The notes below the pieces were generated by a model. That model made no database searches, was not told the origin of the DNA, and worked only from the letters and a program-made list of their open reading frames with translations. Below are positions 9,801 through 19,700 of a DNA stretch of 49,185 nucleotides, in pieces (the stretch's first letter is position 1; each line of letters opens with the position of its first letter). The stretch is from a virus (taxonomy: Duplodnaviria > Caudoviricetes). The DNA lies in the IMG/VR virus record IMGVR_UViG_3300025103_000029, positions 1-49,185 of that record; one strand, written 5' to 3'. The translations under genes and the position numbers were made by a program.

Positions 9801-12800
9801 AATATCAATATACAGTCGAAGTTAAAGATTCATATAACGAATCATCTAACCCTGCAATCATCACAATACCAATTGATGATGATACACCAGCAACTATTTC
9901 TGATAACTGGTCAGCAGGACCGTATATTAAAGAATCTGAAGAAAATGGTACAACTATAAAAACAACAAACTATGGTTCAACTACTGCAGATTATAATTCA
10001 AATCAAAGTGGAACATTTACATCATCAAATCCAGCAATTGTAATAAATGGTAGTGGTAATTTATCATTAGGAGTTGATTTAAGTGGTTCTGTAACACAAA
10101 GTGATGATTCATTGGATTCTGTAATTACATTTACTAATACTTTCGGTACAATAACGACTGATAACTTAAATGTAGATATTATACACAATCATCATCCGAG
10201 TGCATCATTCACATTACAAAATTCTAATCTAAATACAAATTTAGCAACAACAAATACAAACTTGGTTCTTGTTTCGATAACTGACACTGAAGGTGATACT
10301 CCTTATTCTGCTTCTTTATCTGGTACTGATGCGGGGAAACTCAATCTCAATTATACAAACTCAAATTCATCTTCTTTATACATTAGAGCAAATGAGAATT
10401 TATCTGCAGGGACCATAACTTATAACCTAAGAGTATCTGATTCTTATAGTGAAGTTTCAGATTACATAGGTAACACGATTTCAATCAATGATGTAGATAC
10501 TGGTACACTTGGTGGAGATACAACCTCTCATATTATAGAATCAGCAAGAAATAATGATTCATTGAGAGATGCAAGTGGTTTTGAAGGTGGTAATACCTCT
10601 CAATTAACTGTTTCATACTCTGGTTCTGATGGAACTCCGAGTGTTCAATCATTTACTTCATCAAATCCATCGATAGATATTGATTCAAGTGGTAATCTTA
10701 CCCTTGCAGTTGATATAAGTGGTTCACTTACAAGTTCAGGTGATACAATTTCATCTGATATTACATTCCAAGATAACTATGGTAATGTAGGTAGTGGTAG
10801 TTTAACAGTAAATGTATTTGCAAACTCACATCCAAGTGCTTCGTTCACTAATAATAGTGGAGTTTACAATACAAACCAAGCAACATCAAGTGCATTGATA
10901 ACATCTTTAACAATTACTGATGAAGAATCAGATACTCCATTCAGTATGAGTTTAAGTGGTACAGATGCTAACAAATTTAACATCGAACCACAAAATTCTA
11001 ACACATCATCTATTCAATTAACTGCGGTTTCTGATTTAGATAGTGGAACTTACTCATATACTGCTTCAGTATTTGACCAATTTAGTGAAGTATCACATTA
11101 TGAAAGAGAAATAACAATCGCAGAAGCTGATTTAGGTACTCTTTCAACAAATGGTACGTTCTATGTTATAGAATCTGCTGTAAATGGTAACAACATCGTA
11201 ACAAACTCAAATGGTAGAACAGGAACACAAGGAGATTTAGGAGTTTCTTACTCACCTAACTATGGTTCACAAGTTGTACAAGAGTTTACTTCATCAAATG
11301 CATTTGTTTCTGTAAATTCAAGTGGTAATTTATCAGTTGGAACAAACATAAGTGGAAGTAGTGAAACAAGTGGAGATTCAATCACCTCTAATATAACTTG
11401 GGCAGACCAACATGGTAATGTAGGTAGTGGTTCTATATCAGTTAATGTAACAACTAACAATGCACCAACTACAAGTTCATTTTCAAGTCAATTTGAAAAC
11501 ACAAATCAAGCAACTGGTTCAGTTGAAGTATTAGAATTAACAATATCTGATACTGAAAGTGATTCAATGCCAAATGCTGGTTTAACTTGGTCAAGTTACA
11601 ACTCAACTTATTTCACACCATCGGTTTCAACTCCTAATATGAGTTTAAATGTAAACAATATATCAGTACCAAGTGGAACTTACCCTTGGGAAGTAACATT
11701 AGAAGATGAACATGGATTCAATACACGAGTTGTAAGTGGTTCATTAGTAATAACACAAGCAGATACAGGTACTATGAATGGTGATACTGCAGTTTATGCA
11801 ATTGAATCAGCATTAAGTGGTTCTGTACTTAGAGATGCGACTGGATTTGGAAATGGAAATTCAGCTGATGTTGGTGTAGCTTACTCACCATCATTTGGTT
11901 CACCAATAGTACAATCATTTACTTCATCAAATGCAGCAATTGCAATTGATGATAATGGTGGATTAACTTTAGCAGTAGATTTGAGTGGTTCGGTAACACA
12001 AAGTGGAGATACAGTAAGTACAACAATAACATTTGATGACCAATATGGAAATGTAGGTAGTGGTTCAGTAACCTTAACTGTATTTGGTAATCAATCACCA
12101 GTTGCTTCATTTACATCAGCATCAGACTACGAAAGTGATAATGCAGTTGCTGATTCTGATGCAGGTACGTTAGTAGTAACTGATGTAGAAAGTAATTCAC
12201 CATTTACAGTTACCCTCGCAGGTACAGATGGTGGTAAATTTGCTGTAAGTGGTTCAACATCACCATTTGAGATACAACCAACTGGTTCTTTAGAAGCAGG
12301 AACATATTCAATCAATATAGTAGTAACAGATACTTACTCAGAATCGGTAACATTATCAAATCAATCAATTGTAGTTGACCAATCAGCAAATACAGGTAAA
12401 GTATATATTTATTATTCGAACTACGCTTCGGATGGTAATTACACGAGTGCGTATAATTCGGTGATGGGTGCAAGTACCTTAAGTAGTGATACTCCACCTG
12501 AAGTAACTGCTTATACGGCAAATACTGCATCACCATATTATAAACTTAAAACATCAATAGGTGATAGTTCATACTCACTTGCTGGTGGTAAAACTATGAC
12601 CCTTGCGGCAACGATAAGTGGTTCGGATTTTGCAGAAATTATTTCTGCATCTGCAGGAAACATGAGTTGGGGAAGTACTGTACAAACAGTATTTGTAATA
12701 CCAAGTGGTTCAAGTATGATAAATGTACCAACTTCAATGACAGATGGATTTGGAGGAAGTACTGTGGGAGAATATTGTTTAGTTCACTATGCTGATGGAA

Positions 12801-12967
12801 CATCTGCACCTTTAGGTCCATCTCCATCAGTAATTCACACACTTGATGTTGATGGAACACAAGGTGGGTTTGATAAGTGGCACGTATTAGGTGCTGCAAT
12901 AAATAGTACTGCAACAAATATGAGAGTTAAAGTAATACCAAGTAGTGGTTCGATAGGTAATTTTTAA
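6878..12967 (+). CDS. Giant fibre/adhesin: SGS-rich repeat stalk plus tandem cadherin/Ig-like domains
   Basis: 2029 aa. N-terminal SGS.Q / LN.FTSSI repeats; cadherin-like motifs (ATDPEGQSLTF, INENSSNGTTVGTISAADNEGD); four ~200-aa units (IES...FTSSN...GSGS). Confidence 0.7.
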   Translation: MATLIQSKQIQGIVTASVIEGDFAVSGGSVNLGAASGVTGSFSGSFVGDGSGIQGIDYSQITNTPVFLPGDNITITSGSNIITITSTASGGGSNESLNSFTASYYSDSSSFDSRIVGISASGSGADWNTNLQNIPSGIISGSIQILGGTDIISSSAQISSLGFITSSHTDIASLNDYTASNDLRITNLESTTSSLDTRITQLSDSTGSYETIGRGIISSSEQFPSGLVSGSEQILGGTGILSGSHSDLSSLNTYTSSTDERLSNIEAATGSYLTSETDSQTLSISGDQLTITTGNTITIPTGSSVVAGTISGSQQISDLGFISSSHTDIADLNTFTSSIQTEVDALSAATSSYLTSETDSQTLSIDGDQLTISSGNTITIPSGSSTTDYTQLTNVPSGLVSGSSQVDYDVLTGGKGLLSGSHTDISSLNDYTSSTDARLSGIDSITSSLEQRVSEIESNTGSYDDLTNISSLNTFTSSIDTSIKSKLDSDGVISGSQQITDLGFISSSHTVIESLNTFTSSIQTEVDVISAQTSSYLTELPDGLVSGSVLRTLGGTGVLSGSKTDISSLNVFTSSIQTEVDGLSSFTSSYLTEIPAGTISGSSQLTSSYDTRYALSGSSGETDFDGNRIVSQEKLPTMFSSSFNPGTSGSIVDFLNAVFYPNSDPAITSGNQTISEYSSSGSPIFTLEATDPEGQSLTFGTGSTYTDDLVRVASNGVVTLNAVPTSASFNTDLVGGSHGHTFIAKTTDTFNSSIEKDITIFVTPNSTPVFRETSISGNVITSVTSNLNESSADDTLLKRVFFTDANGDSITIHSSSIDGNHFEVIKSATYVDILQNTGSLNYEEKTTYNFSISASDEHYELGQDSDSIVVLPITVNVTDNLVPTISNQSLSSINENSSNGTTVGTISAADNEGDTITFANFTLYKLELDNVNVPSGSYGGTSQLTDPHENPFQMSSSGVVTRKVGIFLNSDLINEYQYTVEVKDSYNESSNPAIITIPIDDDTPATISDNWSAGPYIKESEENGTTIKTTNYGSTTADYNSNQSGTFTSSNPAIVINGSGNLSLGVDLSGSVTQSDDSLDSVITFTNTFGTITTDNLNVDIIHNHHPSASFTLQNSNLNTNLATTNTNLVLVSITDTEGDTPYSASLSGTDAGKLNLNYTNSNSSSLYIRANENLSAGTITYNLRVSDSYSEVSDYIGNTISINDVDTGTLGGDTTSHIIESARNNDSLRDASGFEGGNTSQLTVSYSGSDGTPSVQSFTSSNPSIDIDSSGNLTLAVDISGSLTSSGDTISSDITFQDNYGNVGSGSLTVNVFANSHPSASFTNNSGVYNTNQATSSALITSLTITDEESDTPFSMSLSGTDANKFNIEPQNSNTSSIQLTAVSDLDSGTYSYTASVFDQFSEVSHYEREITIAEADLGTLSTNGTFYVIESAVNGNNIVTNSNGRTGTQGDLGVSYSPNYGSQVVQEFTSSNAFVSVNSSGNLSVGTNISGSSETSGDSITSNITWADQHGNVGSGSISVNVTTNNAPTTSSFSSQFENTNQATGSVEVLELTISDTESDSMPNAGLTWSSYNSTYFTPSVSTPNMSLNVNNISVPSGTYPWEVTLEDEHGFNTRVVSGSLVITQADTGTMNGDTAVYAIESALSGSVLRDATGFGNGNSADVGVAYSPSFGSPIVQSFTSSNAAIAIDDNGGLTLAVDLSGSVTQSGDTVSTTITFDDQYGNVGSGSVTLTVFGNQSPVASFTSASDYESDNAVADSDAGTLVVTDVESNSPFTVTLAGTDGGKFAVSGSTSPFEIQPTGSLEAGTYSINIVVTDTYSESVTLSNQSIVVDQSANTGKVYIYYSNYASDGNYTSAYNSVMGASTLSSDTPPEVTAYTANTASPYYKLKTSIGDSSYSLAGGKTMTLAATISGSDFAEIISASAGNMSWGSTVQTVFVIPSGSSMINVPTSMTDGFGGSTVGEYCLVHYADGTSAPLGPSPSVIHTLDVDGTQGGFDKWHVLGAAINSTATNMRVKVIPSSGSIGNF

Positions 12968-12982
12968 AATGAAAGGAATAGT

Positions 12983-13573
12983 ATGCCATTTATAGGAGAA
13001 AGATTAGGGTTAAATACCGCGACGAAAAACGCGGGAACAACTGCCTTACTGAATGTTGATTTCGTTAAAGGAGCATTTAAGATATATGCATCCTCTGACT
13101 TAGTTGGTATTTCTCCTAACCTATTTTCAGATAACCAAATAATATATGTTCAAGATAGTGGTTCACTATATAAAGCAGATGTTGTACCTGCAAATTTCAT
13201 TGATACATTTGAAGATACAGTAACTTTTGCAGAATTCTCATTCAATAGTGGTTCATTTACAAGTGCATCCTTTGATGGAACTGCAACACTAACATTATTC
13301 GGACAAAATTTAGAAGGTTCACCACAAATATCAATGTCTGTTGATTTATCAGCATTAACTGGTTCTGGTGGTGGAGGTGGAACAGGTGATATCACTGCAG
13401 TTTTCACATCCGATGAGGGTATTATTGGAGGTCAATCAAGTGGTAATGTTGTATTAGAATTAGACCCAGGAGATGGTGTTATTCTAAACTCAAATGGTAT
13501 AAACGTAAGTACAGGTTCTACCCATTTTATAAGTGGTGTACAGAAAGTAGAAATTGATGGAGAAACTTTTTAG
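12983..13573 (+). CDS. Fibre adaptor/connector protein
   Basis: Gly linker, GDITAV module, and C-terminal IDGETF. Confidence 0.55.
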   Translation: MPFIGERLGLNTATKNAGTTALLNVDFVKGAFKIYASSDLVGISPNLFSDNQIIYVQDSGSLYKADVVPANFIDTFEDTVTFAEFSFNSGSFTSASFDGTATLTLFGQNLEGSPQISMSVDLSALTGSGGGGGTGDITAVFTSDEGIIGGQSSGNVVLELDPGDGVILNSNGINVSTGSTHFISGVQKVEIDGETF

Positions 13574-13591
13574 TATTTAAAAAATAATACT

Positions 13592-13600
13592 ATATTTATA
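13592..13600 (+). promoter_or_regulatory. Putative late promoter ATATTTATA
   Basis: Recurring motif. Confidence 0.6.
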
Positions 13601-13737
13601 AAAGTAACAAACACTATATAGTGTTTTAATTATGGGAACATTCCCGTTGAACAAATGGTTACATAAATTTAATTCAATAAAGGTTATTTAACAAAAAATC
13701 AAATTAAAAATTTTAACAAAAAAGGAAAAAATTAAAA

Positions 13738-16575
13738 ATGGCACAAATTATTAAGCACAGAAGAGGTAATCTTGAAGGCGTAAAGGATGCAACAACGAGA
13801 GCAGGTGAACTGTTAGTTGTTACAGGTTCAACAGGTCTTGGAACGATTGCCAATGGTGATAGTTTGGTATTTGTTGGTATTGATGGTTCAACGGCTACTC
13901 CTGTAAATAAAATATTGCAAGGAACAACCGTACCGAATTTAACTGGAGAAACTTACAGCACTCATGTTGATGGTATTCCATTCTTCGATACTGATGATGA
14001 AAAATTATACATCTTAAACAAAGGGGGGAATATTGAAGTAAAAGCAGCTCCCCAAACAGGTGGTACGGGATTAGTATCTGGTTCATCTCAATTAGCAAAC
14101 TCAAGTGTTTCTAATGAATCATTAAATGCATATACTGCATCTAACGATACAAACCAATCTGCACAAGATACAAGATTAGACCAATTATCTACATTCACTG
14201 GTTCTATTAGTGGAGATTTTGTAGATAATTCAGAATTAGCAGCAGCAACAGGAGCATTAGAAACTTCTGATTCTGCGTTATCACAAAGAGCTGGTAGGTT
14301 AGAAAACTATACAAGTTCATTCGCAGCTTCAACTGTAACTCTTACAAATAAAACAATAGATGCAAGTAGTAACACAATATCTAATATTGCTAATTCATCA
14401 CTTACAAATGATGGAATTACAATTGCAGGTGTTGATACATCTTTAGGTGGTACTATTACATTCCAAACAATTGCTGGTGGTAGTGGAACAATCTCTGGTT
14501 CAGCACAAGTAGTATCTTCACTTTCTAACCAAGCAACCGATTTCGGTAGTGGTAGAGTAAGTGGTGAACAATTTGGTGATGTAGCAGGAACTTCAACTAT
14601 GACAGGTTCATTCGTTGGTGATGGTTCAGGTTTAACTGGATTAGCAACTAACTTAACTGTTGATGGTGATAGTGGAGCACAAGATGTAGATTTATTAGCA
14701 GATGATTTACAAATTTTAGGAACTGCAAACGAAATCGCAACTGCAGTAACTAAAGTTGGTAATGATGTAAAAGTAACATTAAGTTTACCTGATGATGTAA
14801 CAATCGGAAATGATTTAACAATCGTTGGTAACTTAGAAGTACAAGGAACAACTACATCAGTTGATTCAACTACTGTTGTATTAGGAGATAACATTTTAGC
14901 TCTTAATGGTAGTGGAGCAGCACTTGGTGGTTTAGAAGTACATGATGCAAATGGACCTGCAAGTGGTTCATTCTTATGGAATGGAACAACTAACCAATGG
15001 ATTGCTGGAGCAAGTGGTTCAGAATCTAAAGTATTAGTTGCAAATGGTGATGGTGTATTCTCTGGTTCTGCACAAGTATCAGGAATTACAAATGCACAAT
15101 TAGCTGGTTCAATATCTAACGATAAATTAGCTGGTTCAATCGCAAATGATAAATTAGCAAATTCAGCAATTACTATTAGTGGAACTTCGGTTTCTCTTGG
15201 TGGTGCAATTACTGATGAAGTATTATTTGGTGGAGTTGGTGTAGTATCTGGTTCTTCTCAAGTAGTATTACAATCTGCTGATAAGACTGGATTCACAGGA
15301 GCATCTTCCATAACTACATTAGGTACAATTGCTACCGGTGTATGGAATGGTACTGCAATAGATAAAACATATTTAGATGATGAAGTATTAAATGCTTCTT
15401 TAAATTCATATACTGCATCTAATGATACAAACCAATCTGCACAAGATACAAGGTTAGACCAACTATCTGCATTTACAGGTTCTGTAAGTGGTGATTTCGT
15501 AGATACTTCGGAATTAGCTGCTGCAACAGGAGCACTTGAAACTGCTGATTCTGCTTTAGAAGGAAGAGCTGATAACTTAGAAAACTATACAAGTTCATTC
15601 GCAGCTTCTGCTGTAACTCTTACAAATAAAACAATTGATGGTGCTAATAACACTTTAACAATTGATATTTCAAGAGATACAAACTTAGCAGTATCTGATA
15701 CTTCACAAGTTGATATGATTTTGACTGGTGATACTATATCAGCAAATCTTAAAGGTGGTGTAATTTCTGGTTCAGCACAAGTAGTTTCTTCTTTATCAAA
15801 TCAAGCAACTGATTTTGGTAGTGGTAGAGTAAGTGGTGATGATTTCGGTAATGTTGCCGGAGATACTACATTTACTGGTTCATTTAGTGGTGATGGTAGT
15901 GGATTGACAGGATTAGCAACTAACTTAACAGTTAATACTGCTGATGTTGATTTATTAGCTGATGATTTAGATATCGTTGGTACTGCAAATGAAATCGAAA
16001 TCGCAACTGCAAAAGTTGGTAACGATGTAACTGTAACTGTTGGTTTACCAAATGATGTAAACATTGGAAACAATCTTGTTGTAGGTGGAAACCTTACAGT
16101 AGAAGGTACAACTACAACTATTGATTCTACGACTGTAAACATTGGTGATAGAATTATTGAATTAAACTATGCTGGAAATGCTGGTGATGCAGGTATCTTA
16201 GTATCTGATGTTGATGGTGGTGGAACTACAAGTGGTTCTTTACTATGGGATGCATCTGCAGATAATTGGATGGCTGGTACACTTGGAAGTGAGAAAGAAA
16301 TCGCAAGATTAAATGCTTCTCCTACTTCTAACACAGTACTTAAGGCTAACGCTAGTGGATTATTAGTTGATTCATTGATTACTGATGATGGAACAGATGT
16401 AACGATTAGTGGAACTGCAGAATTGAGAATCAATGCTGCAACTGCTAACTCATTCGTTTATTTCGATTCAAACAAATCTCTTGAATCAGTATCAGCTGCA
16501 ACTGCAGGTGATGTAATTCAATGGAATGGTTCATCATTCGTTGCAAGTAACGAAATTGATGGAGGTACATTCTAG
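13738..16575 (+). CDS. Fibre protein (shaft segment)
   Basis: N-terminal MAQIIKHRRG...GEL, TLTNKTID fibre motifs, an internal duplication, C-terminal IDGGTF. Confidence 0.75.
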   Translation: MAQIIKHRRGNLEGVKDATTRAGELLVVTGSTGLGTIANGDSLVFVGIDGSTATPVNKILQGTTVPNLTGETYSTHVDGIPFFDTDDEKLYILNKGGNIEVKAAPQTGGTGLVSGSSQLANSSVSNESLNAYTASNDTNQSAQDTRLDQLSTFTGSISGDFVDNSELAAATGALETSDSALSQRAGRLENYTSSFAASTVTLTNKTIDASSNTISNIANSSLTNDGITIAGVDTSLGGTITFQTIAGGSGTISGSAQVVSSLSNQATDFGSGRVSGEQFGDVAGTSTMTGSFVGDGSGLTGLATNLTVDGDSGAQDVDLLADDLQILGTANEIATAVTKVGNDVKVTLSLPDDVTIGNDLTIVGNLEVQGTTTSVDSTTVVLGDNILALNGSGAALGGLEVHDANGPASGSFLWNGTTNQWIAGASGSESKVLVANGDGVFSGSAQVSGITNAQLAGSISNDKLAGSIANDKLANSAITISGTSVSLGGAITDEVLFGGVGVVSGSSQVVLQSADKTGFTGASSITTLGTIATGVWNGTAIDKTYLDDEVLNASLNSYTASNDTNQSAQDTRLDQLSAFTGSVSGDFVDTSELAAATGALETADSALEGRADNLENYTSSFAASAVTLTNKTIDGANNTLTIDISRDTNLAVSDTSQVDMILTGDTISANLKGGVISGSAQVVSSLSNQATDFGSGRVSGDDFGNVAGDTTFTGSFSGDGSGLTGLATNLTVNTADVDLLADDLDIVGTANEIEIATAKVGNDVTVTVGLPNDVNIGNNLVVGGNLTVEGTTTTIDSTTVNIGDRIIELNYAGNAGDAGILVSDVDGGGTTSGSLLWDASADNWMAGTLGSEKEIARLNASPTSNTVLKANASGLLVDSLITDDGTDVTISGTAELRINAATANSFVYFDSNKSLESVSAATAGDVIQWNGSSFVASNEIDGGTF
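14121..15640 (+). repeat. Internal ~240-nt duplication (about 14121-14360 and 15400-15640)
   Basis: LN.YTASNDTNQSAQDTRLDQLS.FTGS...LTNKTID occurs twice with high nucleotide similarity. Confidence 0.85.
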
Positions 16576-16596
16576 TAGAATATACTGAGTAAATTT

Positions 16597-16632
16597 AAAA
16601 ATCCCCTTCTAAAAAAGTTGGGGATTTTTTTT
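16597..16632 (+). terminator. Rho-independent terminator
   Basis: AAAAATCCCC...GGGGATTTTT inverted repeat plus a T tract. Confidence 0.75.
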
Positions 16633-16649
16633 ATACTTTTAATTTTTCT

Positions 16650-16709
16650 ATACTTATAGTAGTGGTATGGGAATATTTATTTCTAAAATCACATTTGCGA
16701 ATATTTATA
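16650..16709 (+). promoter_or_regulatory. Two putative late promoters (ATACTTATA 16650-16658; ATATTTATA 16701-16709)
   Basis: Recurring motif, directly after a terminator. Confidence 0.6.
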
Positions 16710-16735
16710 TACAAGATTAAGGAAGATATCCATAC

Positions 16736-19700
16736 ATGGCTGCAATATTACAATTAAGAAAAGGAACTGATGCGGACTTAAGTAGTATAGGTAATTTATC
16801 TAGTGGTGAATTATTTTATAATACTGATAAAGAAGTCATACAAATAGGCACAGGAAACTCAAACGTTACACTTTCACGATTGGGTATAAACACAGGTTCA
16901 ATCGAATTCACTGGAGATATTACTTTAGGTGGTAATATTATATTAGGTGATGAAATTCAAGATAACATAACAGTATCAGGACAATTTGATTCTGATTTAA
17001 TTCCATCTGCATCAGCAACTTATGATTTAGGTTCTGATTCAAAAAAATGGAGTGAGATTCATGCAGAAACTGGTTATTTTGGAAATGGTATTGTATCGAG
17101 TTCAGCACAAATAATCGCAGAATTTCCTGATGGTTTAATTTCAGGTTCTTCTCAAGTAACCATAACAGAATCTCAAATATCAGATTTATCTCATTATAGT
17201 GATTCTAATGTAAAAACAAAATTAAATGTAGAGGGTGTAATTAGTGGTTCATCACAAATAACAATTACTGAATCACAGATTTCAGATTTATCACATACAG
17301 ATATAAGTTCACTAAATACTTATACATCTTCAAATGATACAACTAATACAACTCAGAATACAAGATTAGACCAACTTTCAACTGAAACTGGTTCTATATC
17401 AACTGAACAATCTGCACAAGATTCAAGATTAGACCAACTTTCAACTGAAACTGGTTCTATCTCAACCGAACAAGCTACACAAAATACTAGATTAGACCAA
17501 TTTGCAACTGAAACCGGTTCTATCTCAAACGAACAAGCGGCACAAGATACTAGATTAGACCAACTTTCAACTGAAACTGGTTCTATTTCATCAGAACAAG
17601 CTACACAAAATAGTAGATTAGATAGTATAGAGGCAGTAAGTGGTTCATACTTAACAACATCGGGTTCAGTAGATTATACAGATATTACAAGTAAACCAAC
17701 TTTAGTAAGTGGTTCATCTCAAATAACATATGGAGATGTTTCATCAATACCATCAAATATAATTTCTGCATCAACAGATTCATCAACAGTAAACTTTACA
17801 ATTACTAATGGTAATATAACTGCAGATTTAAAAGGTGGTGTAATTAGTGGTTCATCTCAAGTAACAATTACTGAATCTCAAATATCAGACTTATCACATA
17901 CAGATATAAGTTCTTTAAACTCATATACATCTTCGAATGATATAAACATTACAAACATTCATTCTACAACTTCATCATTTGAAAGTAGATTAGATTTATT
18001 AAGTGATGTATCTCACTCTCATGCAAATAAAAGTACTCTTGATAACATTAATCAAGAACTTACAACAACATCAGATGTAACTTTTAACACTGCTTCATTT
18101 ACAGGAGATGTTATTATAACAGGTGATTTTACAGTATTAGGTTCTGCAACTGAAATATCTTCAACAGAATTAAGAATTGAAGATAAATTAATTACAGTTG
18201 CAAGTGGTTCTGCTGATTCGGCTGCTGCTGATGGTGCAGGTTTAGAAATAGATGGAGCAGGAAAATCAATAAAATGGGACCACAATACAACTTCTTTCGT
18301 ATTAGATGCCAAAGTAAGTTCATCAGTAGGATTTAAAGGGGAAGGTGGAGAACTTACAGGTATCGATACCGACCAAGTAACTGAAGGTAGTAATCTTTAC
18401 TATACTGATGATAGAGTAAAAATAAAATTAGATAATGATGGTGTAGTTAGTGGTTCATCACAAGTAGTTGAACTATTGGATTCATTAAACACTTATACAT
18501 CATCAAATGATACAACAAATTTAATACAAGATTCAAGATTAGACCAACTTTCAACTGAAACTGGTTCTATTTCATCTGAACAAGCGGCACAAGATGTAAG
18601 GTTAAATCAACTTTCAACTGAAACAGGTTCTATTGCAACAGAGCAATCAATTCAAGATTCACGATTAGACCAATTTGCAACTGAAACTGGTTCTATTTCA
18701 TCTGAACAATTAATTCAAGATTCAAGATTAAATCAGTTATCAACCGAAACCGGTTCTATTGAAACTGAACAAGCTGCACAAGATACTAGATTAGACCAAC
18801 TTTCAACTGAAACTGGTTCTATTTCTTCAGAACAATTAATTCAAGATACTAGATTAGACCAATTTGCAACTGAAACAGGTTCTATATCAACTGAACAAAC
18901 TACACAAAATACTAGATTAGACCAATTTGCAACTGAAACAGGTTCTATTTCATCTGAACAATTAATTCAAGATTCGAGATTAAACCAACTTTCAAGTGAA
19001 ACTGGTTCTATCTCAACTGAACAAACTATACAAAATAGTAGATTAGACCAACTTTCATCGGAAACAGGTTCATATCTAACAACTGTTGATATTTCAACTG
19101 ATACTAATTTAGGAGTATTGGATACTGATAATGTTGATTTGATTTTAGATGGTGATACTTTATCAGCAAACTTAAAAGGTGGTGTTGTATCTGGTTCATC
19201 TTTTGTATCAAATCAACAAGGTTCGATAACTGCTAGTATCAATGGTACTGCAACAAATATAGATTTAGGACTAAACACAAATGATTCACCATCATTTAGT
19301 TCTTTAAGTTTAAATGGATTAGTAACAAGTAGTGATAGTGTACTAACTGCATTATTTGTAGATAGTAATGAAATTAAATTTAATTCTTTAGGAACTGCTG
19401 CTCTATTACATTATTCAAATTCTATTGATGATGGTAACTCAGAAGTAATTGGTACTGCTCAAGCAGTTAAAAATTATATTGATGGAGCTATAATAGAAGC
19501 TGGTGCAGGTGATATTACAGAAGTAAATGCTGGATTAGGTTTAGATGGTGGAGCATTAACTGGTTCTGCAACTGTTGGATTAGATACCGGTTCATCTCAC
19601 TTTCAAGAAGGAGTTGAAAAATATACATCATCAACAGAAATACCAAGTGGAACAGTAAGTGGTTCATCTCAAGTTTCTTATGTAGGACTTTCAAACATAC

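Noticed and set aside
17354-19073. 63-nt periodic repeats as a CRISPR array
   Set aside because: They are in-frame coding repeats with no unique spacers and no cas genes nearby.
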